This document shows, one piece after another, positions 37,195 through 46,241 of a stretch of DNA of 53,013 bases. Source of the stretch: a virus (lineage: Duplodnaviria; Caudoviricetes); IMG/VR virus record IMGVR_UViG_3300032086_003020, positions 1 to 53,013 of that record. One strand, given 5' to 3'. The notes below the pieces were generated by a model, which was not told the DNA's origin, did no database searches, and saw only the letters and a program-made list of their open reading frames with translations. Within the stretch, counting starts at the first letter, position 1. Each line of letters opens with the position of its first letter. A program made the position numbers and the translations under genes.

Positions 37195-37554
37195 ATGAAA
37201 GCAATCGCACTTGCCGCACTGGCATTACCTATGGTAGCGGCACCTGCCCTTGCAGGACCCTACGTTGAGTCAAAGCACGAATTTAAAGGAACTGACGCAG
37301 ATTTTTCAAAGCAAGTTCATCAGGGACGTATCGGATATGAAGGTAAAGTTGGTTCTCTAACTCCTTACATTGAAGGTGGTGCTGGTATTGTTTACCCCGA
37401 TGGTGGTGGGCAAGAAACCTTTACTGCTCTTGAAGTTGGTAGTAAAGTTAAGATCACTGATCAATTCTCTGCTTATGGTAAGTGGGAAAACATCTTCAAC
37501 GAAGATTCTACCCGTGACTGGAAAGTCGAAGTTGGCACCAAGTACAAGTTCTGA
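37195..37554 (+). CDS. second porin-like protein upstream of pstS
   Basis: Signal peptide ALA|GPY, RIGYEG, FSAYG, terminal YKF; paralog of 36631. Confidence 0.8.
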   Translation: MKAIALAALALPMVAAPALAGPYVESKHEFKGTDADFSKQVHQGRIGYEGKVGSLTPYIEGGAGIVYPDGGGQETFTALEVGSKVKITDQFSAYGKWENIFNEDSTRDWKVEVGTKYKF

Positions 37555-37564
37555 TATTATATAA

Positions 37565-38545
37565 ATGAAACTCAAAGCACTCGCAGCAATTGCTGCTGCC
37601 ACTCCTCTGATGGTTGCCTGTGGTTCTAATCAAACTGCAGAGGTTAAAGAACCATTTAAACTGAATGGTGCAGGTGCATCATTCCCTGCCGCAATTTATA
37701 ATTCATGGTTGGGATCTTTTGCTAAAGAAACTGGCAATCAAGTCAACTATCAAGCAGTTGGTTCTGGTGCTGGTGTCCGTCAGTTCACTGCTCGGACTGT
37801 TGACTTCGGTGCCTCTGATGGTGCTGTGTCTGATGCCAAGCAGAAACTGCCTATGGTCCACATTCCTATGACTGGTGGTGCTATCGTTCCTGCATATAAC
37901 AACCCTGGTTGTGATGCTAAGATTACTCAGACTCAACTTGCTGATATTTTCCTCGGCAAGATTACTGAATGGTCTGCTTTCGGTTGTGAAGGTGGTTCTA
38001 TCAAAGTCGTCCATCGTTCTGATGGTTCTGGTACTACTAAAGGTTTCACCAACTCTCTATCAGCATTCTCTCCTGAGTGGAAAGAAAAGGTTGGCACTGG
38101 TAAGTCTGTGAAATGGCCTGTTGGTATTGGTGCCAAAGGTAACTCTGGTGTTGCTGCTCAGTTGAAACAAACTCCTGGTTCAATTGGTTATGTGAACTAT
38201 GATTATGTGAAGAATGGTGGTCTTCAACAACCTGCACTTCAAAACAAAGATGGAAACTTCGTCAAAGCATCTGCTGAAACTGCTTCTGCAGGACTTGGTG
38301 AAATTGTTCTTGACGATCAGTTGCGTGGTGCTGACGCTAACCCCGCAGGTGCAAATGCTTATCCTATCGTCTCCCTGACTTGGATTCTTGCATATCCTGA
38401 GTATGAAAAGAATGAAGATGTTAAAGCAACTCTTCGTTACATGCTTGCACCAGAGCAACAGGCAAAGTCTGATGCTCTAGGTTATGTCCCTCTTCCTGAG
38501 GGTCTACGTCAGAAAGCACTTGCTGCTGTAGAAACTCTACGTTGA
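37565..38545 (+). CDS. pstS: phosphate-binding lipoprotein PstS
   Basis: Lipobox VAC, GAGASFP, GSGAG, DFGASD, RSDGSGTT, AYPI. Confidence 0.96.
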   Translation: MKLKALAAIAAATPLMVACGSNQTAEVKEPFKLNGAGASFPAAIYNSWLGSFAKETGNQVNYQAVGSGAGVRQFTARTVDFGASDGAVSDAKQKLPMVHIPMTGGAIVPAYNNPGCDAKITQTQLADIFLGKITEWSAFGCEGGSIKVVHRSDGSGTTKGFTNSLSAFSPEWKEKVGTGKSVKWPVGIGAKGNSGVAAQLKQTPGSIGYVNYDYVKNGGLQQPALQNKDGNFVKASAETASAGLGEIVLDDQLRGADANPAGANAYPIVSLTWILAYPEYEKNEDVKATLRYMLAPEQQAKSDALGYVPLPEGLRQKALAAVETLR

Positions 38546-38606
38546 CATTAACATAAACTTGACATATAATTGGACTATGCTATTCTAAATAGTATAGTCC
38601 TTTTTT
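38542..38606 (+). promoter_or_regulatory. early promoter followed by terminator-like hairpin
   Basis: TTGACA-17-TATAAT (38542-38570); GGACTATGCTAT/ATAGTATAGTCC stem plus T6. Confidence 0.7.
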
Positions 38607-38615
38607 ATTATTCCC

Positions 38616-38900
38616 ATGTCTGAATTCCCGAAGGATTGGAGATATGCTGATGACAGAATGCAATTAAGAGCAGCAGTATTTCGTGCTCTTAGTCATCATC
38701 TGGAAGAGCATTGCAGAGCAGTGTATGAATTTTGTCACGATTGGGTAAGTCAAGGCAATTCTAACGTTGACAACATTGAATTTTATTTTGAAAATTATTT
38801 AAAGGAGACCCATCGTGAAAAAGTTTATAAACTTGAAAAGTGCCTTGAACTCAATCCTAATTGGTACTTGCCTGTTAGGGATGAATCCAGTTCAAGCTGA
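38616..38900 (+). CDS. hypothetical protein
   Basis: ORF. Confidence 0.65.
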   Translation: MSEFPKDWRYADDRMQLRAAVFRALSHHLEEHCRAVYEFCHDWVSQGNSNVDNIEFYFENYLKETHREKVYKLEKCLELNPNWYLPVRDESSSS

Positions 38901-39504
38901 AGATAAGATTACTAAGGGATATTACACAATGGATTCCATGGGGTGCATGATCTTACGAGAGTGTAAAGATGGAGTCCATCAAGTCGAAAGTATCGCAAGT
39001 ATTGCTGCTGAGTATCCCGATAGTGATTTTGATGTTGTTGCTAACGAGTTCAACAACATGCTCGTTTCTCTCAATCAAATCGGAGTTGGGGTGTTTCTAG
39101 CAGATAGTAAATATTTTCCTCCTGGGCATAGAGGTGTTTATCACACGGTTTCAAACAACTTCTTCTTGAATAAAGCATTCATGCATCGTCCCAGTACACT
39201 CATGGCAGTTATGCGTCATGAAGGGTGGCATGTTGCACAGGATTGTATGGCGGGTTCTGTCAAGAATTCTATGATTGCTATCATCATGAATGAAGAAGAT
39301 GTACCCCAGTATTGGGCAAATGTTGCAAAGAAAACTTATATGTCTTCATCACTTCCTTGGGAACGTGAAGCAATGTGGGCAGGTCATACAGAAGGCATGA
39401 CTCAAAAAGCACTTCAAGCATGTGCTGCTGGTGAGATGTGGAAAGTATATAAACCAACTCCTATGACTGCCGAGTGGTTAAAAGAAAATGGGTTTATCAA
39501 ATAG
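38815..39504 (+). CDS. secreted protein with HExxH zincin motif
   Basis: Signal peptide, MRHEGWHVAQD, downstream WEREA. Confidence 0.7.
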   Translation: MKKFINLKSALNSILIGTCLLGMNPVQAEDKITKGYYTMDSMGCMILRECKDGVHQVESIASIAAEYPDSDFDVVANEFNNMLVSLNQIGVGVFLADSKYFPPGHRGVYHTVSNNFFLNKAFMHRPSTLMAVMRHEGWHVAQDCMAGSVKNSMIAIIMNEEDVPQYWANVAKKTYMSSSLPWEREAMWAGHTEGMTQKALQACAAGEMWKVYKPTPMTAEWLKENGFIK

Positions 39505-39673
39505 GGATAGCAACCCCTTAAAAAGTTCTGTTTAACCTAACGGAGAAACAGATGGCAAACTCACCAGTCGATAAAGGTAATGCATTTATTGAATCTGGAA
39601 TGACTTTAATTACTGAACATGCATCGGATAGATATTTAAAAAAAATAAATAGAGATGCCTCGTCTTCTACTCA

Positions 39674-39997
39674 ATGCTCGGAAACAAATCTAAAGCAAAG
39701 GAAGTAGAAGAGAAAGAAGACCATCATGAAGATAAGAGTGAAGTCCTTGGTAATCTAGTGAAAGTTGTCGTACTTATTTGGTCCGCATCTCTTCTTACGT
39801 TTTCCTACGTTCGTCTACCAAATGGTCAGAAGATTCTTGACTTCGACCCTACCTTCATTGCATCAGTATTCTCTGGATCTTTAGCTGCGTTTGGACTTTC
39901 TCCTGCCAAGAATGGTGGTGGAAATGGACAAGCAAAAGCAGTAGCAAGAAAAGAAGGAGAACTCCCAGTACAATCTGCTATTGAACCTAAGAAGTAA
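39674..39997 (+). CDS. two-helix membrane protein
   Basis: Two hydrophobic segments; AATAAATA upstream. Confidence 0.7.
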   Translation: MLGNKSKAKEVEEKEDHHEDKSEVLGNLVKVVVLIWSASLLTFSYVRLPNGQKILDFDPTFIASVFSGSLAAFGLSPAKNGGGNGQAKAVARKEGELPVQSAIEPKK

Positions 39998-40003
39998 TTA
40001 ACA

Positions 40004-40213
40004 TTGTATCAAGAACCACACCTTCAAAAGAAATCAGACGAATGTGCTGAACTTTGGAGGGAGTGGTTTTCTTTGTTTCAGACAAGGGATCATAATGATC
40101 CAGAAAGAAAAGAATTAAGAAAAAAATGGTGTAAATGTTGTGAGGAATTTGGTGAGATGGTAAGTCAGGAAGTCAAGACAAATCCACGTTACATAGGACA
40201 CAAGTTACCATAG
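40004..40213 (+). CDS. hypothetical protein
   Basis: TTG-start ORF. Confidence 0.55.
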   Translation: MYQEPHLQKKSDECAELWREWFSLFQTRDHNDPERKELRKKWCKCCEEFGEMVSQEVKTNPRYIGHKLP

Positions 40214-40235
40214 ATAGTGTAGTCGCATACAAGAA

Positions 40236-40559
40236 ATGAAGGTTTTCTTTGCGTTTTTAGCTACACTATTTTTGGCACTGCCTGCATGGGCTGTTGACGT
40301 TCAAATGGGTGCCAACGGCAATTTGGTTTTTGATCCTGCTGAAGTCACTATTAATGCTGGTGATTCAGTCCATTTTGTTAATAATATGCTTCCTCCTCAT
40401 AATGTCGTTGTAGAGGATCATCCAGAACTAAGTCATGAAGATCTAGCAATGTTACCAGGTGAAGACTTTGAAGTTGCATTTCCAGAAGCAGGTGACTACA
40501 CTTATTGGTGTGGTCCACATAAGGGTGCTGGCATGATCGGAACTGTTCATGTCGAATGA
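40236..40559 (+). CDS. petE: plastocyanin
   Basis: PHNVV and YWCGPHKGAGM copper ligands; signal peptide. Confidence 0.95.
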   Translation: MKVFFAFLATLFLALPAWAVDVQMGANGNLVFDPAEVTINAGDSVHFVNNMLPPHNVVVEDHPELSHEDLAMLPGEDFEVAFPEAGDYTYWCGPHKGAGMIGTVHVE

Positions 40560-40679
40560 GCATCATGGTGAACCAAATGGTGAAGATAGTATTCCTATGT
40601 GGGTCTATATGACAGGTGTAGGACTTTTACTTTTCACCATTCTTTGTTTCTGTATAATGTTAGCAGGGATGGTTTTCAT

Positions 40680-41180
40680 ATGAAAAAATTCAACGAACTA
40701 ATTCTATCTGTTACTATCGCAATTATTGATTTCCTTTATCGTGGCAGAGACTATCAAAGATTCTGGGTGCTTGAGGAGATTGCTCGGGCACCCTATTTTG
40801 CTTTTTTGAGTGTCTTACATTTAAGAGAGTCTTTAGGATTGCGTGGTCCAGAACACCTATACTTGATGAAAGAGCACTTCGCACAATCAGTCAATGAAAC
40901 AGAACATCTGGAGTACATGGAATCTAGGGGCGGTAATACTTATTGGATTGATCGTTTTTTTGCCAGACACCTCGTCCTTGTCTATTATTGGATCAACGTG
41001 GTTTATTATTGGATATCTCCTCGCAATGCTTACCACCTCTCCTACGAAGTAGAAGTACATGCAGCAACTACATATGCTAAGTATCTTGCAATCAATGGAC
41101 CAGATGAAAAGATTCTTGAGATTCTAAATGATGAATTGGCACATGGTCATGAATTACAAAAAGCAATGGAGATGATTTGA
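40680..41180 (+). CDS. ptox: plastoquinol terminal oxidase
   Basis: RFWVLEEIARAPYF, NETEH, EVEVHA, NDELAH di-iron motifs. Confidence 0.93.
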   Translation: MKKFNELILSVTIAIIDFLYRGRDYQRFWVLEEIARAPYFAFLSVLHLRESLGLRGPEHLYLMKEHFAQSVNETEHLEYMESRGGNTYWIDRFFARHLVLVYYWINVVYYWISPRNAYHLSYEVEVHAATTYAKYLAINGPDEKILEILNDELAHGHELQKAMEMI

Positions 41181-41401
41181 TGTTCAAAAAATGGGGAAAA
41201 GATGTTGATCCAATTGAATATGTCACAAAAGATGAAGTGCAGGAGATGATTGATGATGCCATACGAAAGCATAATCGTAATGCTTCAATTATCAGTTTCT
41301 GTGTTGGTTGGGTTGTTCTTGCACTTTTTGCTGAGGGTCTGCTTCGACTTATTGGAGTAATTGATCCAGTCTTTCCATGGTTAAAACTAAGTTTAAATTA
41401 G
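41177..41401 (+). CDS. small membrane protein
   Basis: MIDDAIRKHNRNA followed by hydrophobic helix. Confidence 0.65.
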   Translation: MMFKKWGKDVDPIEYVTKDEVQEMIDDAIRKHNRNASIISFCVGWVVLALFAEGLLRLIGVIDPVFPWLKLSLN

Positions 41402-41408
41402 GAGGAAT

Positions 41409-42434
41409 ATGAAAGTAGGACTAATCGGACTCGGCAGGATGGGAGAGGGTATGTCCCGTCGCATGATTGCCAGAGGAAACATCGAAGTATGGGGATACAG
41501 AAACAACTATGCAAAAGCTGAAGAACAATATGAGAAGGGTTATATTAGTGGATGTACCACTTCTCTGGAAAGCCTTGTTCAAGTAGTTAAAGATAAAGGA
41601 CAACCAGGAATTTTTATGATGGTTGTTCCTGCCGAAACTGTGGAGGAAACACTTAATGACTTACTACGATATTGTAGTGAAGGGGACATTATTATTGATC
41701 ATGGCAATTCCAATTTTAAAGACAGTAGACGCAGGGCAGAAAGGTTGTCTAAACTTGGCATCCAATATCTTGACTGTGGTACTAGTGGTGGTGTTTATGG
41801 TCTGGACCGTGGATACTGTCTTATGGTTGGGGGCGGAAATACTGCAGTCTCCATTTGTAAACCAATTTTTGACGCACTCTCCCCAGGAGTTGCTGCCGCC
41901 GAACGTACACAACCTGACTCATACCATACTCCAGCAGAGTTAGGATGGTTGCATTGTGGTGGACCAGGTGCTGGACATTTTGTGAAGATGGTCCATAATG
42001 GTATTGAGTATGGTATAATGCAGGCATATGCTGAAGGATTTAATATTCTCCATGAAGCAAATGCTGGATCAAAATATGTCAAAGCAGGAGATGCAGAAGT
42101 TGCCCCAATGGACAACCCTGCCGATTATCAATATGATATTGATGTTGCTGAAGTGGCTGAGTTATGGCGTCGTGGTTCTGTTGTTGGTAGTTGGTTACTC
42201 GATCTTACCGCTGATGTTCTACGGAACGATCGAGAGCTTAGCAAATTCGATGGAGGAGTATCAGACTCTGGTGAGGGTCGTTGGACGGTTCATGCTGCTG
42301 TGGATCTTGGTGTACCCGCTCCTGTCATCAGCACTGCGTTGTATGAACGTTTTAATTCACGCAATCTTGGTGCTTTCGCGTCCAAGGTTCTGAATGGAAT
42401 GAGGTACATGTTTGGTGGTCATCATGTTCGGTGA
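41409..42434 (+). CDS. gnd: 6-phosphogluconate dehydrogenase (short form)
   Basis: GLIGLGRMG, DCGTSGG, GHFVKMVHNGIEY, DSGEGRW, FGGH. Confidence 0.96.
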   Translation: MKVGLIGLGRMGEGMSRRMIARGNIEVWGYRNNYAKAEEQYEKGYISGCTTSLESLVQVVKDKGQPGIFMMVVPAETVEETLNDLLRYCSEGDIIIDHGNSNFKDSRRRAERLSKLGIQYLDCGTSGGVYGLDRGYCLMVGGGNTAVSICKPIFDALSPGVAAAERTQPDSYHTPAELGWLHCGGPGAGHFVKMVHNGIEYGIMQAYAEGFNILHEANAGSKYVKAGDAEVAPMDNPADYQYDIDVAEVAELWRRGSVVGSWLLDLTADVLRNDRELSKFDGGVSDSGEGRWTVHAAVDLGVPAPVISTALYERFNSRNLGAFASKVLNGMRYMFGGHHVR

Positions 42435-42552
42435 AATACTTAAATGGATTGCGATACCCTTTGTATTATCCACGATATATTTCGGGATACGAAAAGGTGA
42501 GAATAACTACTACGAAACAGATAAGTACGATGGAAACGGAACCGCTCACTAG
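42424..42552 (+). CDS. small membrane peptide between gnd and zwf (42 aa)
   Basis: MFGEILKWIAIPFVLSTIYFG...; read by hand. Confidence 0.5.
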   Translation: MFGEILKWIAIPFVLSTIYFGIRKGENNYYETDKYDGNGTAH

Positions 42553-43876
42553 AGGCATAGTAATCTTCGGTGCTACTGGAGATCTATGTAAACGAAAACT
42601 TATTCCTGCACTTTATAAACTTTGGGAAAAAGAACTTCTTCCAAGCAATTTTTTAATTACTGGTGCTGCTAGAAGAGATATTGGAAGACAAATTTGGTTA
42701 GATGATATTCAAGGTTACGGAGAATATCCAGAAGAGTTTACTCATCAACTTGACTATGTTTCTTGTGATCTATCATCTCAAGAAAGTTTAAGTAAACTTC
42801 CAGATACCGACGACACAACTTATTTCTTATCTGTCCCACCAGAGAGGTACGAAAATGCCATCTTCAATCTCAAAGGATCAGGACTCCTCGACGATCCAGA
42901 AACCTCCCGTGTTGTTATTGAAAAACCCTTTGGGTACGATCTTAAATCTGCTAATCATTTACAGTTTGTGGTGGGGAGAAATTTACGCGAGAAGCAGGTT
43001 TATCGCATTGACCATTATCTTGGTAAAGATACTGTTAATAATATCCTTGCCACTCGGTTTGGGAATATTCTTCTTGAACCACTTTGGAATCGAGAGTACA
43101 TAGAGGAAGTTCAAATCTTTGCAACTGAAACAATTGGATGCGGAGGTCGTTCTCAATACTATGAAGGTGCAGGTGTCGTAAGAGATATGCTTCAGAACCA
43201 TATGCTTCAGGTTCTTGCATTGATTACAATGGAGGCACCTTGTCGTATGGATGCCAAAGAGATTCGTAGAGAAAAAGTTAAAGTTTTATCTGCAACTAGA
43301 CTCGGTAAGAAACTTGTTACTGGTCAGTATGAAGGATATCGTGATGAGCAAGGTGTGGGTCCAGAGTCAATGACTCAGACATTTGTTGCTGGTGATCTTT
43401 ACGTTGATAACTGGAGATGGAAAGGTGTACCATTCCACTTCATGACAGGTAAGAAGATGCCCTATGGTTGCGTAGAGGTTGTTATCAAACTCAAGGAACC
43501 ACCACTCAGTCTGTTTGAAGGTGAAACAAATGATCGTATTGTAATTAGACTTCAACCACATGCTCATCTTGATATTCAGATTGATGTGAAGTCTCCTGGA
43601 CTTGGTGATCGGGTTGAGTTGGCAACTCTTACTCATCGTTATCCTGATTGGTTAGGTGTTGATGGTTATGAGAAACTTCTTTATGATGCTATCAATGATG
43701 ATCAATCACATTTCGTTCACTCTGAAGAAGTGTTAGAATCTTGGAGGATTGTAGATGATCTTCTGTGTACTGGTGATAAGTGCCCAATTCGCACTGCTCC
43801 TTATATCTACAAAGAAAAAACCTGGGGACCAGAACACAAAACACAATTAATAACTAATTGGGATTATCCATCATGA
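42530..43876 (+). CDS. zwf: glucose-6-phosphate 1-dehydrogenase
   Basis: FGATGDL, EKPFG, RIDHYLGK, RDMLQNH, NWRWKGVPF; ATG 42530 preferred. Confidence 0.96.
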   Translation: METEPLTRGIVIFGATGDLCKRKLIPALYKLWEKELLPSNFLITGAARRDIGRQIWLDDIQGYGEYPEEFTHQLDYVSCDLSSQESLSKLPDTDDTTYFLSVPPERYENAIFNLKGSGLLDDPETSRVVIEKPFGYDLKSANHLQFVVGRNLREKQVYRIDHYLGKDTVNNILATRFGNILLEPLWNREYIEEVQIFATETIGCGGRSQYYEGAGVVRDMLQNHMLQVLALITMEAPCRMDAKEIRREKVKVLSATRLGKKLVTGQYEGYRDEQGVGPESMTQTFVAGDLYVDNWRWKGVPFHFMTGKKMPYGCVEVVIKLKEPPLSLFEGETNDRIVIRLQPHAHLDIQIDVKSPGLGDRVELATLTHRYPDWLGVDGYEKLLYDAINDDQSHFVHSEEVLESWRIVDDLLCTGDKCPIRTAPYIYKEKTWGPEHKTQLITNWDYPS

Positions 43877-44098
43877 GTATACTATTTGTAATCTTTTTTA
43901 TGGGACTAATTACTGCAGGAATGCAACTAACATGGCCAGGTAGGTATCGATCATGATTTTATTCATTCGTCATGTAATGCAAACTCCTTGGTGCTTAGGT
44001 GTCATGGGTTTATTTTTAGTTGGAGTACCTATTTTAGGTATGCATCTTGTCCATAAATATGGATGGGAACACTGGGAACCTTTTACGAGGAAACACAA

Positions 44099-44308
44099 AT
44101 GAACCCTATAATTTTAATCGGTTGTTTTACACCACTGGTTTTAATTTTTATAATTATGAAACTGTCAGTTTGGATTGCCGCAGTTAATGCTGAGTCGGAT
44201 TATGTCAGAAAAGAACCTCTACGACAACGAGGACCCTACTTGGCGGATGCATATGCAGACGTTGATGATGAGGAAGAAGAATATGGAGATCGCACAGACT
44301 ATCGATGA
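44099..44308 (+). CDS. small membrane protein
   Basis: GAGG RBS, N-terminal helix, acidic tail. Confidence 0.6.
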   Translation: MNPIILIGCFTPLVLIFIIMKLSVWIAAVNAESDYVRKEPLRQRGPYLADAYADVDDEEEEYGDRTDYR

Positions 44309-44429
44309 AGCATTGTTCAGATATTATTCTGAACAAGGTAAACCAGTTCCTCGATGGAAATTAAAAAAAGATCCAGATTGGTGGAGTAAATACCTAGATA
44401 GTTTAGGTATAGATCCAAAGAATCCGTGA
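44283..44429 (+). CDS. small hypothetical protein
   Basis: ORF MEIAQTIDEAL... Confidence 0.5.
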   Translation: MEIAQTIDEALFRYYSEQGKPVPRWKLKKDPDWWSKYLDSLGIDPKNP

Positions 44430-44638
44430 ACCTAATCCTTAAACCATTAGAAGATATTAATAACCCAACATGGAGTGTCATCATTAGTTTGGTGATGCTC
44501 CTTTTTGGTGTGGCATACTACATATATACAGTAATGAAACTTGCATATCAGGAGTTAGAAGAAGATGGGAGCAATGACACCCCCGAGTCGGAAGAGTTGT
44601 TACAACTTCCGAGTGATCGAGATCAACAGAGTTCTTGA
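44426..44638 (+). CDS. small membrane protein
   Basis: GTGA overlap, hydrophobic helix. Confidence 0.6.
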   Translation: MNLILKPLEDINNPTWSVIISLVMLLFGVAYYIYTVMKLAYQELEEDGSNDTPESEELLQLPSDRDQQSS

Positions 44639-45026
44639 TGGTGATACGATCGACGTGACTATTGATTTGGGATTTGATCTTTATAAGAAAGAGAGAGTTC
44701 GTGTTGCGGGTGTAGATACTCCAGAAAAACGTACAAGAGATCTAGAGGAGAAAGCACTTGGATACGACGCAACCAACTGGCTCAAAGAGAAACTGGAGGG
44801 TGCTATTTCTGGTGATGATGACCTTGTTATTAGGACTGAACTTGTTGGTGGCGTTGGGAAATATGGGCGTCTTCTTGGTTGGTTATACATTGGGGACGCA
44901 GAGTTGTCCCTTAACGAACAAATGATCACCGAAGGATATGCCTGGGCATATGATGGTGGAACTAAACAAAAGAATTTTGAAGAACTAAGAGAAATCCGTA
45001 GAGCACACGGGACACTTGTTGAATGA
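44565..45026 (+). CDS. thermonuclease (SNase-like)
   Basis: VLDGDT, RVAGVDTPE, KYGRLLG, LNEQMITEGYA. Confidence 0.9.
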   Translation: MGAMTPPSRKSCYNFRVIEINRVLDGDTIDVTIDLGFDLYKKERVRVAGVDTPEKRTRDLEEKALGYDATNWLKEKLEGAISGDDDLVIRTELVGGVGKYGRLLGWLYIGDAELSLNEQMITEGYAWAYDGGTKQKNFEELREIRRAHGTLVE

Positions 45027-45799
45027 GAGTATTAAGTATTGATCTAGATTACTGCATGGATTCATGCTTGGATATGATTGATAATCAGGCAACTAATCCT
45101 TGGGTTGATGAAAATCCAGTAACAAGATGGAAAGCATTTGAAGAATTTTCTATGATTCCTGATCGGTCTATTTTTATTGATCAGGATAAAGTTGATTATT
45201 GCTTTGATGTTTATACAAAGGCACTAAAGCATTGTAATAATGTCATATTTGCATATGATCATGATGCTATTTTGTATCGTTTAGAGATGGACGATGCTCA
45301 TGATTTGGAAATTGTTAATATTGATTATCATAATGATATATTGAACGGAACCCCATACTGCGAATTTAGTCATTTATTTGGTGATGATGTAGTAAATACA
45401 TTAGAATATGAGTATCAAACTTTTCAACACGGTAGAGTGATGGAAGGTAATTGGGTTGGATGGTTGGAATGGAAAAATAAACTCAAGAATTATACATGGA
45501 TTCATGGTGTAAGAAGTCTTGGTTCAGGTAAATCATGTGCAGTATATAAAGAATTTTTGGAAGATAAGTTTAATTATTTTCTAAAAGAAAATTATAAGTT
45601 TGATAATTTTAAATTTGATTTTATATTTGTCTGCTTATCTCCAAATTATATTCCTCCAAAATTTTGGCATCATTTCACAACTTATATGAGTGAATATGAA
45701 AAAGTGACAGGAAAAACATACAAACTTATCAATCGTAAGTATGAAATAGATGCCAGATATACTGAATTGCATAAATACACATTGCCACGCAAAAGGTAA
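45023..45799 (+). CDS. hypothetical metallohydrolase-like protein (arginase/UPF0489-like)
   Basis: VLSIDLDY, DHD, NIDYHND, CLSPNY. Confidence 0.55.
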   Translation: MRVLSIDLDYCMDSCLDMIDNQATNPWVDENPVTRWKAFEEFSMIPDRSIFIDQDKVDYCFDVYTKALKHCNNVIFAYDHDAILYRLEMDDAHDLEIVNIDYHNDILNGTPYCEFSHLFGDDVVNTLEYEYQTFQHGRVMEGNWVGWLEWKNKLKNYTWIHGVRSLGSGKSCAVYKEFLEDKFNYFLKENYKFDNFKFDFIFVCLSPNYIPPKFWHHFTTYMSEYEKVTGKTYKLINRKYEIDARYTELHKYTLPRKR

Positions 45800-46081
45800 A
45801 TGCAGAAATTAGTCAACGTAATCGCATTACTTTCAGGTCTAGTATCACTTTCTGTAGTTGGTACTGCGGGATATCTTTACCTCAATAAGGATGCACTTAT
45901 AGAAGATGCGAGAGTAAAGGCAACAGCAGCAGTTACAGAAGCAATTACAGAAGCACTTCCTGGTATGTTAGATGCAGCAATGCCTGAAATGCCAGAACTT
46001 CCTAGTGTAACTGGTGGAGTTGTTAATGAATCCTCACAACCATCTTTACCAAATGTAACAGGAGGAGCAGTTCCTTTCTGA
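45800..46081 (+). CDS. membrane-anchored hypothetical protein
   Basis: N-terminal helix; repeated LPxVTGG. Confidence 0.7.
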   Translation: MQKLVNVIALLSGLVSLSVVGTAGYLYLNKDALIEDARVKATAAVTEAITEALPGMLDAAMPEMPELPSVTGGVVNESSQPSLPNVTGGAVPF

Positions 46082-46124
46082 GAATTTGCTAAGTTTTGTT
46101 AAATAATAAAAACTGGAGGTCATT

Positions 46125-46241
46125 ATGGCTCAATCAACTTATCGCAAGAAAGTAAAGAAAGATGCTTCAGATCAATTTTTTCTTTACGTTGCATTTCATT
46201 CTGCTTGGACTGCCGTTGTAAATTTCTTTCAATATGATTGA
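46125..46241 (+). CDS. small hypothetical peptide (38 aa)
   Basis: GGAGG RBS; read by hand. Confidence 0.55.
   Translation: MAQSTYRKKVKKDASDQFFLYVAFHSAWTAVVNFFQYD

Noticed and set aside
42431-42529. N-terminal extension of zwf from GTG 42431
   Set aside because: The G6PD fold begins just after ATG 42530, and the region is better explained by the small ORF 42424-42552.
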